Positions 27,278 through 40,804 of a DNA stretch of 63,977 bases are shown one piece after another. The translations under genes were made by a program, and so were the position numbers. Source of the stretch: Octopus bimaculoides (lineage: Eukaryota). The DNA lies in NCBI RefSeq assembly GCF_001194135.2, contig NC_068990.1, positions 67,608,032 to 67,672,008 on the forward strand, read 5' to 3'. The notes beneath the pieces were generated by a model. That model had not been told where the DNA came from. It searched no databases and was given only the letters and a program-made list of their open reading frames with translations. The stretch's first letter is position 1; each line of letters begins with the position of its first letter.

Positions 27278-27327
<50 letters not shown>

Positions 27328-27690
27328 CAAAAAAAAAACAAAAGCAAAAATAAAACCTTTTAGATCTTTTAATCCAACTTAAAATTCTAAAGCCCTTGTG
27401 TGAAAGCATAGCTGCAACAGAGTCAAAAACCTGTAACACCCACAAAATACAAAACAAGCCAAAAATGAAAAGCAACAATCACAACAACAATTACAACAAC
27501 AGCAACAATGACAACAACAATGACGAAGAGAATCACAAAACAGAGTTGTCTGGAATGGTAGCAGAGCTTAGCTATAGAACTACAAAAGAAATGGAAAAAT
27601 ATTGACATGAGCAATCAACAGCCAAAATGATAGAAAGCTTTCTTCGTACTCACACTATACTACCCACACTGTATTACATATGCATGCTTG

Positions 27691-27726
<36 letters not shown>

Positions 27727-27985
27727 TGCACACATGTATACATTTTTTTCATATAATTTTTTTATTTATACTTTTGCATGTTGCTGAATTGTTAAGAATC
27801 TATTTTGAATACAAAGAGCAGCAACAACAATTAATTTCAAGAAAAAAATTAAGAAAAATATTCACACTGATANNNNNNNNNNNNNNNNNNNNNNNNNNNN
27901 NNNNNNNNNNNNNNNNNNNNNNNNNNNNNNNNNNNNNNNNNNNNNNNNNNNNNNNNNNNNNNNNNNNNNNNNNNNNNNNNNNNNN

Positions 27986-28019
<34 letters not shown>

Positions 28020-28216
28020 TATATGTTTATGTGTGTGTGCACATGTGTGTGCATATGTGTGAGTGTGCATGTATGCATATGTATGCATCTATTCTTCTCC
28101 CACTTTTTCTTTAATATATAAAAAAAAGAAAATATTTCAATATAAAAAAAAATATTAAATGAAGAGGAATACAATAAAGTTAGCAATGAACTATAATAAT
28201 AATAATAAAAATAATG

Positions 28217-28285
<69 letters not shown>

Positions 28286-28899
28286 GTTTCAGTGATCACT
28301 GATCAAAAATTCTTTTCACTTTTGTTACCCTTGCCACATTCATCTTACCCCACTCTCCATCCCACACTAACTATTTCTCTTCTTTATTTATTTATATATT
28401 TATTTATTTAGTGTTTAAAAATTAAAAATAAAAACAATCTTAATTAATTAAAAAGAAACCATAAAACAGTTATGGTGGTGATGGTGGTGGAAAGCAGCAA
28501 ATAAAATTACATTTCGTTTTCTCTAAGAGTAATTGCATTAAAAAAATAAACACAAAAACATAATATATCTGCTAGTTCTCATATCAAACAATTTGCAAAG
28601 TCAGTTGAAGGTATTAAGGTATGAAATGAAATATGTAATTTTCTATACACATATATGTTTTAATTTATATTTTAAAGTCTTAGTTCTATTTTATATTTTA
28701 TTTTAAATTTGTTTTCTCTTTTGTAAAAATACAGACGTCTTGATATTGTTAGTTCAGACGAGACACCTGATCAGTAAATAGTCATTTTTCTTATTAGTAT
28801 TGTCTCATCACTGAAGACTGGGTCTGTGAATTCACAGGATGTATAATTCATGGTGAATAAATTTTGCTACCTCCTCCTCCTCCTTCTCCTCCTGCGAGG

Positions 28900-29151
28900 C
28901 TCAGTAGTTAAAGGCACTTTATTTCATGTTGCTCCAGTTCACTCTGCTGTAGAAATGAGGTGCAACATCACTGGTGCCAAGCTGTATTGGCCTTTGCCTT
29001 TCTCTTGGATAATATCAATGGCATGGAGAGGGGAGGCTGGTGTGCATAAGTGACTGCTGGTCTTCCATAAACAACCTTGCCCAGACTTCTGACTGGGAGG
29101 GGAACTTTCTGCGCAATCCCATGACCATTCATGATCAAAGGGTGTCTTTAC
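28900..29151 (+). mobile_element. SINE family I (H-type core + distinct tail), 5' truncated
   Basis: gcactttatttcatgttgctccagttcactc-gctgtagaaatgag...ctggtcttccataaacaaccttgccc...ggtgtctttac matches the reverse complement of 57645-57980. Confidence 0.8.
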
Positions 29152-29175
29152 TATATATATATATATGTAGATACA

Positions 29176-29208
<33 letters not shown>

Positions 29209-30176
29209 NNNNNNNNNNNNNNNNNNNNNNNNNNNNNNNNNNNNNNNNNNNNNNNNNNNNNNNNNNNNNNNNNNNNNNNNNNNNNNNNNNNNNNNNNNNN
29301 NNNNNNNNNNNNNNNNNNNNNNNNNNNNNNNNNNNNNNNNNNNNNNNNNNNNNNNNNNNNNNNNNNNNNNNNNNNNNNNNNNNNNNNNNNNNNNNNNNNN
29401 NNNNNNNNATATATATAATTATGATGATGACGCTTCAAATTCAGGCATAATTTTGGCAATATCACAAACCCTAGTTCTTATGCCTTATTTTATCAACCCC
29501 GAAAAGATCATAAATAAAGTTAAACTTGATAAGATTTGAACTATAAATGTAAAATAGCAATAACAAATATTGCAAGGCATTGTGCCAAAGCTATAACAAT
29601 TCTACCAATCTTGTCTCAAATTCTAACATTAATAATTAGAATTACTGTCACTTCATTATAATTTTGTTGCTATCAATTCAAAACACATACACGCACACAT
29701 ATTCTTATACCAATCATAGAAATAAAGGGCACACCTTTCCTCACAAACCATTACCACATAGTTGACATCTAGAAGCCATGAAAACACCTGATGCCAGACA
29801 TACTACTTCTACAAACAAAAACTCTTTAAACAGAAATCACAAGCTAATCATATTTAATAGTACAAAATGATCACTTCAAATATTGAGGAAACACACCTTC
29901 AAGACAACACATGCCTTATTCTTGAGTGACATACAACTAAAATCTTCACAAACTTGACAAATGCAAAGCCTCACAATTTCTGATGACCTTTTGTGGAATC
30001 AAGAATCAATCAAACAGTCAGAATGGTTTCTCAAAAGTTAGTGTTCACTTTGGGACCAGAAAATACTTCAATACCAAACAGACAGACACAAGTATAGCCT
30101 CTATTTATATTTGGAGTCGTAGAGCTGCTTTTTGTCAAACATTTTGGAAAACATAAAAAAAAATTAGAAAAATGGC

Positions 30177-30520
30177 TAGGCGTGGCTGTGTAGTAAGAAG
30201 CTTGCTTCCCAGCCACATAGTTCTGGGTTCAACCACACTGTTTGACACTTTTGGCAAGTGTCTTCTATTATAGCCTTGGACTGACCAAAGCCTCATAGTG
30301 TGTGCGTGTGTGAGTACGTGTGTGTGTTTCTTTGAGTCTGTATTTGTCCCCCATCACTGTTTGACAACTGGTGCTGGTGTGTTTACATACTCGTAACCTA
30401 GTGGTTCAGCAAAAAAGACTGATATAAGAAGGCTTAAAAAAAAAAATTACTGGTGTTGATTCATTTGACTAAAAAATTCTCCAATATGGCCACAGCCCAA
30501 TAACTGAAACAAATGAAAAA
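30177..30520 (+). mobile_element. SINE C1 copy
   Basis: ggcgtggctgtgtagtaagaagcttgcttccc...ttggcaagtgtcttc...gacaactggtgctggtgtgtttac. Confidence 0.8.
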
Positions 30521-31462
30521 TACCAGCCTAACAAACTAGAGCCACCATTCTTATTTATGTACCTTTTTCATTTCATTTGATTCACTCAAAATTACATGCC
30601 TGATTTTCAAAGCCAGCTGTCATGCATGTGCGAGTATGGCATAATATGTGCCATGCTTTCAGAAATTGTTGTAGGTGCTTGTGTCATCACCAGAAAACCA
30701 GGTCACTCTCTTGAATCTTCTACCTTTTCATCTTGCAATGTGAAAAGATAAGAACTGGCAGGGCATAGAACTGCACCAAGACTCAGTATTCCTTTTCTGA
30801 TAAATAAATAGAGTAGAATAACCTGTTGTTTTTTTTTAAATTCAAAGGATTAACAAAATGACCAAGTAGTCTAAACAGCCAACCAATTTAGTACTGCTAA
30901 TATATTCATATTAAAGGTAATATTAATTACACTCTGTTGTCATACCCAGGGTATTATAGTTTTCATAAACAGCATATTTCCACTCCTAGGCACCGTACAT
31001 ACTTTCATGGTATTTAATTATTAATGTGTCTATTCACATGACACTCACAATTATCTGTCCCTTCTCTCCAACTGTTCCTTCCCCCATCCACCCTGTCTTT
31101 CTGTAACAATGTATCATCATGTTTATTTCTTCTTCTTTAGTTCTGTCTGTCCATGTTACTTTTTCTTACTTTCTCTAACAGTAAAATTTCTCTTTGTCTT
31201 CATGTTTGTCTCATTATCTTTAGACTTTGTCTGTCTCTGCCTGCATCTCTCCTTATCTCTAACCATTCTCTTTGCACACACACACACACACATATAAACA
31301 CATACGTATATTCTTAGTGCATATGCACATGTGTATGTATATTTTATATATATGTATGTATGCATACATATGTACAATGTATATACATATATATCTGCAT
31401 ACTTCTATGTGTGAGTATATATGTATAGAAATATATGTATACACACACACGTATATATTTAT

Positions 31463-31494
<32 letters not shown>

Positions 31495-31499
31495 GTATT

Positions 31500-31559
<60 letters not shown>

Positions 31560-32269
31560 CAAGGCATACACACATTGCTTTTCTTGTCTCATGTCTTTAC
31601 TCCTTCTCTATGAACCTCTCTCTAGTTCATAGTCTCTCTCTTTCTCTCAAGCAATCTATCTATCTATCTCTTATACACCATCTTTTTCTAAACTGATCAA
31701 TAGCCAATCAAGATTGAAATGAATGGCTATAATAAAATGAATATTTCTTTCAAAATGGCTTATGAGGATATAAGTTAATATAAGTTAATTTTTCCTGCTT
31801 CAATTCACTGCTGATTCTCTCATAAACTGCTTCACATAACAAAATCAAAGAACTTTTGGGAAGTTATTGGAGATCAATAATTCTTGGCATTAGCCATAAT
31901 TGTATGGCTCTCTAAAGTCATGTAATTCAGGGTCAAGAAATGTCTCTGCTTTCATTTAATTTTCTTCCCTCTCCTTTTTCTCTCCCCCACCCACATCTTT
32001 CTTTCTTCTTTATTTTTGTAAGTCTTCTTTTATAAATAAAGATTCTGTTTTAAGTCATCTTCTGTCACACCTAAAGGAGTAAGTAGTGGTAATGGTCCTA
32101 CATATAAGCTATGTGACAAGGTTGTTTCTGTTGTTGCTGGTGGTGGTGATAGTGAGTGTTAGCAGAGACAGAAATAGTGAGGACTGGTAACATTGGTAAC
32201 GGAGTCTTATATGTGGTTTTGTAGTATTGGTAATGGTACTATTGGCAGTAGAATATAAATGACCATTAT

Positions 32270-32500
32270 CAAATCTTACTTATTTCAGCAGCAGCAGCAG
32301 CAGCAGCAACATTTGATAGGCTCTGGCAACTCCAAGGCTGCCACAAACACCAATGCCAGCCTTGGCATGGTTGCTATAGGTGGATGCCCTTTCTAATGGC
32401 AACTGATCTACAGTGTGTACTGACTGGTTTTTTTTTTTCATTCCACTGACAATAGTGAGGTTGCCAAGGAGCTTGTGAGACACCAAAAGAAGCAGGAAAA
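32270..32500 (-). mobile_element. Family D copy with (CAG)n in place of (CAT)n
   Basis: gtggatgccctttctaatggcaac...acagtgtgtactg. Confidence 0.6.
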
Positions 32501-32686
32501 AATCCCTCTCACTTGATTAAAATTGGGGAATATTTGAGAGTGGCATGGTGGCTTTAAGAGGATAAAATATGATAGAAAAATGAGCTCAGATGCCTGTGCT
32601 ACTGAGGAGATACATGTCTACCCTGTGTTATAAAAGGGAGGTGAAGAACAGAAGTAGCAGGGAAGATCATAAAGCTGGTAGTGGTC

Positions 32687-32824
32687 GGGTGCCAGACCAA
32701 ACTCCCAAGGTACAAGAGAGTAAGCATAAGAGAAGATATGGACAGTGGATAAGAGGGGTGCCAGAGCAAACTCTCAAGTTACAAGACGGTAAGCATAAAA
32801 GAGAATATGGACAGTGGATCAGAG
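32687..32824. repeat. 69-bp tandem duplication (2 copies)
   Basis: gggtgccagaccaaactcccaaggtacaag...tatggacagtggataagag vs gggtgccagagcaaactctcaagttacaag...tatggacagtggatcagag. Confidence 0.9.
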
Positions 32825-33252
32825 GGTGGGTAGTTTCTTAAGAGTGCAAGGGTAGAGTAACACATGGTTAGCATGGTTAGAAATAGAGCACCTGAACCAT
32901 TCTCCAGCTCCTTAACACTACAGGAAGTCACTTAAAAATTATAAAATTCTCTTACAAGAATCCCTTTTTTAACCTAATATTTGCTTATACAGTAGAAGTG
33001 ACAAGTAGCATATTTGATACATGGCTATACTGGAGGGAAGTGAAAGTTAGATCCTTGTCTAAGAACAGATGATATTGCAAAGACAAGAACTCAAATTCAT
33101 AGCATATGAGAACAATTTTCAACCTCTGGTACATATTATCCAAATCTTGATATATATGTTAATATATATTTATTCATCTACCACTCATATTCACATACAC
33201 ACACACACAAAAGGGCACAAATACAAACACACACAGATATATATATTCCTGA

Positions 33253-33502
33253 GCTCTTAATGTGAAAGTTGAACACTGGGAGCAGATGACACAAGATCAA
33301 ACGGTTTGGAATCAAATGATCTATAAAAGATGTAAGGCATTTGAAGCTTGAAGAATTGAACAATCTATCATGAAATGAGCACTTCGTAGACAAGGCTTAA
33401 CTACAATCCCAGATACTTTTCTGCTTTGAAAATATTTGTAAGATCTGCAGTAGAATTTGTTTGTTAAGAGCAAGACTTACTAGTCATATAAGATCTCATG
33501 AG
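33253..33502 (+). mobile_element. RTE (BovB-like) LINE 3' ORF fragment with terminal C2H2-like finger
   Basis: ALNVKVEHWEQMTQDQTVWNQMIYKRCKAFEA*RIEQ...K*ALRRQ, then after a frameshift ICKICSRICLLRARLTSHIRSHE (cf. CxxCxRxCxSRxGLxSHxRxH). Confidence 0.7.
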
Positions 33503-33629
33503 TGTAGTTTGTTGTGATGCTCTTATAGTTATTGTAGTGAAAGTGTGCATAGCCTAGTAGTGCTATTTTCTGTGTGTTGTATATATTTTTTAGTCCTGAT
33601 GTTTTGTTATGTATTTGTCTGATTATTAT

Positions 33630-33735
33630 TATTATCATTATTATTATTATTATTATTATTCAGGTTACTGCCTGGAATTGAAATTGGAATCTTGGGTTAG
33701 TAGCCCACGATCTTAACTACTACGCCATATGCCAT
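33630..33735 (-). mobile_element. SINE family B tRNA head + (AAT)n
   Basis: Reverse complement ggcgtagtagttaagatcgtgggctactaacccaagattcc...ttccaggcagtaacctg(aat)n. Confidence 0.8.
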
Positions 33736-33824
33736 ATGCCACCTCCCCCTGTGGGATGAAGTTAAAATAATAGAAAGAGAACACCATTGAAAAATACAAA
33801 AACTAAAAGAAGCAGCACATATGC

Positions 33825-35365
33825 TAGGACAACAACTTCCTAAGCATCTGTCTTTATGTTTTGAATTCAAATTCCCCTGAGGTCAACTTTGTGTTTCTAC
33901 CTTTCGAGGTTGATAAAATAAGTACCAGTTGAACACTTGTACTTCTCTTAAAATTGCTGGCCTTAGATATAAACCGGTATTAAGGAAGGATAAGAAAATA
34001 TTAAAGTTATAAGCCCTAAAATTAACTCCATAATTGTCTACAAGTATATGGCGTAGTGGTTAAGAACGTGGGCTACTAACCCCAAGATTCCGAGTTCGAT
34101 TCCAGGCAGTGACCTGAATAATGATAATAATAACATTGAAATATAATTTAGGAATGAGAACCCAGGTTTGAAATTTCCCCAAGTCAGTATATCAGTCAAG
34201 GTTATATCAGCTGGAGGGTATATCAGCCTAAATGTTGTGTTAACAACAAACAAGATGAGGACAAATATCTTACAAATGTAAATAATGTATTATTATTATT
34301 ATTGTTATTATTGGCACCTAACTGGCAGAAATGTTAGAGCACCAAAGAATATGCTTTCTGGTATTTGTGTGGGCTTTTTGAATTTTGAAATCAAATCATT
34401 CAATTGCTGTCAAGTTTAATATTGTCTTGCATTCTTTGAGTTTTGATAAAATAAAATGCCATTCTACCATTGGGGGCCAATGTAACTGATCAAAACACTC
34501 ATACCAAAGTTGCTGGCCTTGTGCCAAAATTCTGTTATCTGTTATTATTTTGGCCTATCCTGTGTTTGGGTTGCTTTTCTTCATAGAGTGAAAGAAACAG
34601 GGAGACAGCAGTTTCTATGCCTTGGAGTTGGTAGGATAATCAGGGCCTTTTTGTGTTGCGTTTCCCATGAATTATTCTTCATGGATTGCCCCATTACTGG
34701 GGGATTAATTTCTTTTCGCTCTATGTTCATATCTTTTGTATATTCTTATTAATGTTAATTCCTTTTGATTGAAGCAAGCTTCACACTTTTTGTATGCTGA
34801 AATTTGTCCTTTGATATTGTTTTGGGCCCTTGTGAACATAAGGTTGACTTTGCTTTACATTCTGTCGAGACCAATAAAATAGGTACCAGTTGAGCACTGG
34901 AGTTGATGTAATTGACTAGTAACCCCCATCCCCACCCACTTCCCACAAAAGTTCCAGGCCTTGTGTCTGGTAGGAGAAAATTATTATAACTACTAAGGTG
35001 ATGGGCTGACAGAATTGTTAGCATATGAGACAAAATATTTAATGACATTTTTTACAGCACTTTATATTTCAAGTTAAAATTATGCAGGGGTCAACTTAGC
35101 CTTTTTATCTTTTCTGGGTCTATAAAACAAATACCAGTTAAGCACTAGGGTCTATCTAATTAACTAACACCTTACCTCAAAATTGCTTGGCGGTATTTCA
35201 CCTATCTTTACGTTCTCTGTTCAAATTCCACCAAGGTCAACATTCCTTTCATCCTTTCAGGGTTGATAAATTAAGTACTAGTCAAGTACGGCGGTCGATG
35301 TGATCAACTTACACCCCACTCACAAATTCTAGGCCTTGTACCCATTGTAGAAAGGATCATTATTA
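33825..35365 (+). mobile_element. Cluster of about 5 plus-strand SINE A copies (33825-33970, 34315-34540, 34820-34980, 34995-35185, 35190-35360)
   Basis: ttcaaattcc B boxes, gataaaataagtaccagttg core, ggccttgt tails. Confidence 0.75.
34047..34290 (+). mobile_element. SINE family B: well-preserved tRNA-like head, (AAT)n spacer and 3' body
   Basis: TGGCGTAGTGG A box, GAGTTCGATTCC B box, CT-ACT-AA anticodon-like loop with an imperfect stem. No acceptor-stem closure. Confidence 0.75.
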
Positions 35366-37804
35366 TTATTTCAGAAATAATAACAAATTGTGAGGTAAAA
35401 GTGAAGAAGAGCATGTGGATGCAATGTAATAGCTTCAGTGACTCTACTATTGTGTATTGTATGTATGTATGTATATTTGTGTGTGTGGATATATATGTAT
35501 ATACATATACACACATGCACACATACATGAGTGTGGGTGCATGCATGAAAGCAAATTGTTTTGAAGATGGATAGGCAATTTGCATAATAGATTCTAAAAT
35601 TCATAGGACATTTATTGAATCTATTTAACAAAGATATTCTGATATCTTTTGCAGTGCAAAGAATGTAGGGTAAATTTACATGTGTGTCATTATCTCCAAG
35701 ATTCTATCTGACATTACAGCAATGTTTCTATCATAGATGATTTGATATGAAGGCATGTATATATGGTTTAGAAATCATAGTTTTAATCTATGCAAAAAAA
35801 AAAAAAACAGAGTATCAAAAATATCATTATAAACAAAAGTATTAATTCACAGGGTATATATACATAGCTAAATATATGTCATTTGTGCATATTGCTCAAT
35901 CAGTATATGCATAGTAATGCATAAATAAGCATACATATATTGGTATATATCTTTCCAGTATTAACATTCTCATACACACAAATATGCATACATACATGTA
36001 ATGTTTTAAGGTATAACTTATAGATATATTCATTATCAAAAGTATATGCATATACAGTTTGATGATGAAGGAAACAACACTGATATGTTGAAGTCACTAT
36101 CAAACTTTTCCTCTGAAAAGTAATATATAATATATAAGCATGCACACTCACCCACATGCATACACTCACTAATAGAGAAAGAAAGATATTCATTTACAAT
36201 TTGCAAACACACACACATATATGCATTATATATACACATATATATACATATGCATATATATATATATATATATATATATANNNNNNNNNNNNNNNNNNNN
36301 NNNNNNNNNNNNNNNNNNNNNNNNNNNNNNNNNNNNNNNNNNNNNNNNNNNNNNNNNNNNNNNNNNNNNNNNNNNNNNNNNNNNNNNNNNNNNNNNNNNN
36401 NNNNNNNNNNNNNNNNNNNNNNNNNNNNNNNNNNNNNNNNNNNNNNNNNNNNNNNNNNNNNNNNNNNNNNNNNNNNNNNNNNNNNNNNNNNNNNNNNNNN
36501 NNNNNNNNNNNNNNNNNNNNNNNNNNNNNNNNNNNNNNNNNNNNNNNNNNNNNNNNNNNNNNNNNNNNNNNNNNNNNNNNNNNNNNNNNNNNNNNNNNNN
36601 NNNNNNNNNNNNNNNNNNNNNNNNNNNNNNNNNNNNNNNNNNNNNNNNNNNNNNNNNNNNNNNNNNNNNNNNNNNNNNNNNNNNNNNNNNNNNNNNNNNN
36701 NNNNNNNNNNNNNNNNNNNNNNNNNNNNNNNNNNNNNNNNNNATATATATATATATATATAGATATATACATGATGTGTCAAATGTGTATCTATGCATCT
36801 GTATGTATGCATTGCATATTTATGATGAAACACAAAATCACACAAATACATTTATTAACCTGGAAGGAAAAGAAAAAAGGTTAAATTTTTTTTACATTAA
36901 AATATAAAATTTACAAAAAGAAATATACCAAAAAAACAATGGCTGTATTTTTGTTTTTTAACATTAATTTCTATGTAGTGTGTGTTGATTTTCACTTTTA
37001 ATTCTAAACTCATCTCTCCCAATGGTGGCTTGCTCTGTTCAACTGCCTTTTGCCAATGACTGAAACATTTAGTAGCTTATCGACAAAGTTAGATATAAAT
37101 AGCAACTGGGAAACTCGAAAACATAAATAAAGAAATAAATAAAACAAACATAAAAATGTAATTAAAGACGAAACAACAAACACAGCAGAAAATCTCTTAA
37201 AACAAATTCAATTAGTTTTCAATTCAATTCCAAACAGCAAACAGCATATCAAATATGGCACAACATTAAACGAAACCATGCACAAGGCAGCATACAGTGC
37301 AGTCTGATGATGATGATGATGATGATAATAATAATAATAATAATAATAACAATAATGATGATGACGAAAATGAAAATATAAACAATAATATAAATATATA
37401 TATAGTAATAATAATAATAATAATAATGAGAAGAAGAAGAAGAAGACTGATGATGATAAATAATAATAATGATAATAATAAAAATAATAAAATTAATAAT
37501 AATGTTTTATGTATCTGAAATAGATCTTTAGACTAAAGAACCTACAAAGAAAGAAAGAATTAAAAATACTACTGGGGTGTGGTAAGGATATTGTGAGGGA
37601 GAGAGAGAGAGTGAGAGAGAGAATGAGAAGGAGAGGGAGAGAGGGGAGATAGAGGAAGTGAGAGAGAGAGAGGAAGTGAGAGAAAGAGAGAGAGAGAGAT
37701 TTGGCAATGTTAGTAACATTGATTTCTGTATTGATGATGTTTCAGTTGATAAAAATAATTAGAATTTTTTGCTTAAACCATAGAAGCCTCAGATGTATGA
37801 TAAT

Positions 37805-37966
37805 CATCATCATCATCATCATCATTATCGTTTAACGTCCGCTTTCCATGCTAGCATGGGTTGGACGATTTGACTGAGGACTGGTGAAACCGGATGGCAA
37901 CACCAGGCTCCAGTCTGATTTGGCAGAGTTTCTACAGCTGGATGCCCTTCCTAACGCCAACCACTC

Positions 37967-37967
<1 letters not shown>
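37805..37967 (-). mobile_element. Family D 3' end (young-looking), with (AAT)n at its 5' break
   Basis: tcgtttaacgtccgctttccatgctagcatgggttggacgatttgactgaggactgg...cctaacgccaaccactc. Confidence 0.85.
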
Positions 37968-38007
<40 letters not shown>

Positions 38008-38274
38008 TTCTTTTATTTGCCACAGGGACATCAGACGAGGAGTATGTTACAAGTTCAGTTTACAGTTTGTGAGAGTGTACGTATGTGGGGGGGGGGGCAG
38101 TTGTTATAAAAATGAGTGGAAGAAAGGAAGAGAAGAAGGAATGGTATAAAATGTATATCTAGCATTCAAAATATATGAACACAAGGATGATGCAGTCTTC
38201 CTGATACAGGACTTTCAACTAGGCCACATCTAGGTTCACCAGGTCCATTCACCCTAGCTTTTTCAGCCACAGTA

Positions 38275-38430
38275 ACCCACCTTGTGACAAATTCACTGGG
38301 ACTTCTTTGTAAGCCTAGTACTTATTCTATTGGACTCTTTTGCCAAACCACTAGGTTACGGAGATGCAAGCACACCAACATCGGTTGTCAGGTGATGAAT
38401 TTGGGACAAACACAGACACAAAACATATAC

Positions 38431-38470
<40 letters not shown>

Positions 38471-38592
38471 GCTGGCTTCTTTCAGTTTCTGTCTACCAAA
38501 TCCACTCACAAAGCTTTGGTCAGCCTGAGGCAATAGTAGGTGCAATACAGTGGGACTGAACCCAGAACCATGTGGTTGGTAAGCTAGCTACT
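38275..38592 (-). mobile_element. SINE C1 copy
   Basis: agcctagtacttattctat...ccaaatccactcacaaagctttggtc...gggactgaaccc...cagtcactcctgc. Confidence 0.8.
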
Positions 38593-39156
38593 TACTACAC
38601 AGTCACTCCTGCAAAATGAAACCTGAAAATGTTGATGAGGGCTTGATCAGAGAGAGATGTGTCTTTCTTCAATTATTCTCTCAGCCTTGTCTAAAACAAA
38701 ATTTCTTTCAGCATAACAACCTCATAGAAGAACGACATTTATTTTTAAAATTTGTGAAGAGGCAAGCGTCACAATTGATTTGCCCAGCTGCATTTCTCCT
38801 ACATGTGACAACAACTGTTTAACTTAAAGCCTCAAGTCAGCAATACTCAGACACTGCACAAGAGTATGCTATATGGTTTAATCACTTTACACACATGTCC
38901 CATTTAACAGCATCTCTGTGAACTGGTAGTGTCCTTTGGTAAGCACTTCAAGGCTATATATTTCTGCAAGTTATCTGTAAGGAACAATAGCCTAGAATTA
39001 GTCTGAAACAGATCAGCTGCTTCATCCTCATCAACAACTAGAGTTTCCCTGAGAATGTCGTTGCTCTTTCCTACCACCAGATTACAATATATAGCGCATG
39101 CAAAACATTGCCCAAGTAATAAAAGGTGGTAAGCACCTGACAACCTTTTGGGTGCC

Positions 39157-39194
<38 letters not shown>

Positions 39195-39195
<1 letters not shown>

Positions 39196-39310
39196 CGACA
39201 GGCTTCTTTTAGTTTCCTTCTACCAAATCCTCTCACAAGGTGCCATGCAGTGGGACTGAACCTGGAACCATGTGGTTGGTAAGCAAGCTACTTACCACAC
39301 AGCCATTTCT
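39195..39310 (-). mobile_element. SINE C head fragment
   Basis: acgacaggcttctttt...gtgggactgaacctggaaccatgtggttggtaagcaagctacttaccacacagcc. Confidence 0.8.
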
Positions 39311-39769
39311 GCACCTATTCTGTACATCTTGTGCATTGATCTTTTCTGATTTAAAATTCAAGCTTCTAATTCTGTTATGATTGATCTAGATGTGATTATC
39401 TCCCTTACAATAATTAGCAGCCAGGGCATATGACATGTTTGAATTGTTCTTAGCTTTGCATTAACAGAGAGCCAATGGCGATTAATAAGGGGAAATTGGC
39501 AGTTGTAATATCAATGGCTTTCACATAGGCTTTACCAATATTTATGAAAGCAGTTCAAACAGGAAAAGGATATCAAGTTGCGTGCATAGGCAACTCGGAA
39601 CATACAAAACTTATAGAGCACTCAGCAACCACTGTTACAAATAACATGCCTCAAATAGGTTATTGTTAACCATAAATAAAGCTGACAGTTAGAAGTCTAA
39701 CTTGCTGTGTTTTCTGGTCTCTGACTGAGACCTGAAACATCAAAACCTAATAACAATAATAATATAAAT

Positions 39770-40769
39770 ATCTGATTTAAGCGCAAGGCCAGCACTTTTG
39801 AAGAGAAGAATAGGTTAGTTGATTGTATTGACCCATTATCTGTTAAGTACTACACTTTATTGAACCCAAAAGGATAAAAGGTTAAGTTCACCTTGGTTGA
39901 AATTGAATTCAGCATGTAAAGAGCTGGAACAATAACCGCATAGTGTTTCTCTGAGAAACTCTTGGTTCTGCAAGTTTGCTGCCTTAATAATAATAATAAT
40001 GATGATACTAATAATAATAATAATAATAATCCCTTCCAATAAAGGAACAAAGCCTGAAGTTTGTAAGGAGAGGACCAGTCAAATACAACAACCCCAGTGT
40101 TTCACTGGTACTTAATTTATCAAAACTGAAAGGATGAAAGGCAAAATCAACCTTGGCAGAATTTAAACTCAGAATGTAGTGACAGATGAAATACTAAGCA
40201 TTTTGCTCAGCATGCTGATGATTCTGTTAGCACACTACCTTGATAATAATAATGCCCGGATGCAATATCAGGTAGTGGCTCACATAATTTCTGATCTTAA
40301 CTGATTGGAAGTGTTATCAAGTACATGTTTTGTCCTGGTATAAAAGATGGGCTACAGCAAATATTCTGCTCAATACCACAAATTTGCTTGTCAGTTGCTT
40401 GATCGTAACTAGTTGAACATGTTCCTTAGTGGCTGACAACGTGTGCATCTCGGATCATGGGCAAAAGTAGTAGGAGAGGGTTTGAATAATTCATCTTTGG
40501 AAACATGGGTGAATCATTCATCATTCTTAAATAACCCTTATTCCAGGATTTGTTGAGCATGATGGTCTACTCAACCTGCACGAAATTCCAACTGTGTCCC
40601 ACCTGCAAGGTCATGTGCTGTTTATCTTAATATGAGATCACCATATCAGGCACTTATTGTGATGCATGAGTTTGGTATACCCTTATCAGATGAGTTGTCA
40701 TAATAAGTATACTGGGCTTCATATATTTGTACCCCAGTGTCACTTTGATGGCAAGCACTGCTCTCTCAT

Positions 40770-40804
<35 letters not shown>

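Larger units (their letters stand above)
1738..36742. other. Nine assembly gaps: 1738-1963, 4792-5636, 10826-10932, 13520-14076, 15293-15425, 16755-17120, 27873-27985, 29209-29408, 36281-36742
   Basis: Runs of N totalling 3009 nt, most abutting (TA)n or (CA)n. Confidence 0.98.

Noticed and set aside
28824-28837. Perfect 14-bp palindrome ctgtgaattcacag
   Set aside because: A single short palindrome with no supporting context.
34047-34120. Possible true tRNA gene (ACT anticodon-like loop)
   Set aside because: Anticodon stem is only partly paired, there is no acceptor stem, and a second copy with an (AAT)n tail indicates a SINE head.
38904-39236. Minus-strand ORF with signal-peptide-like MAPKRLSGAYHLLLLGQC
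   Set aside because: The ATG follows a SINE (TA)n tract, there is no suitable splice donor and no recognisable domain.
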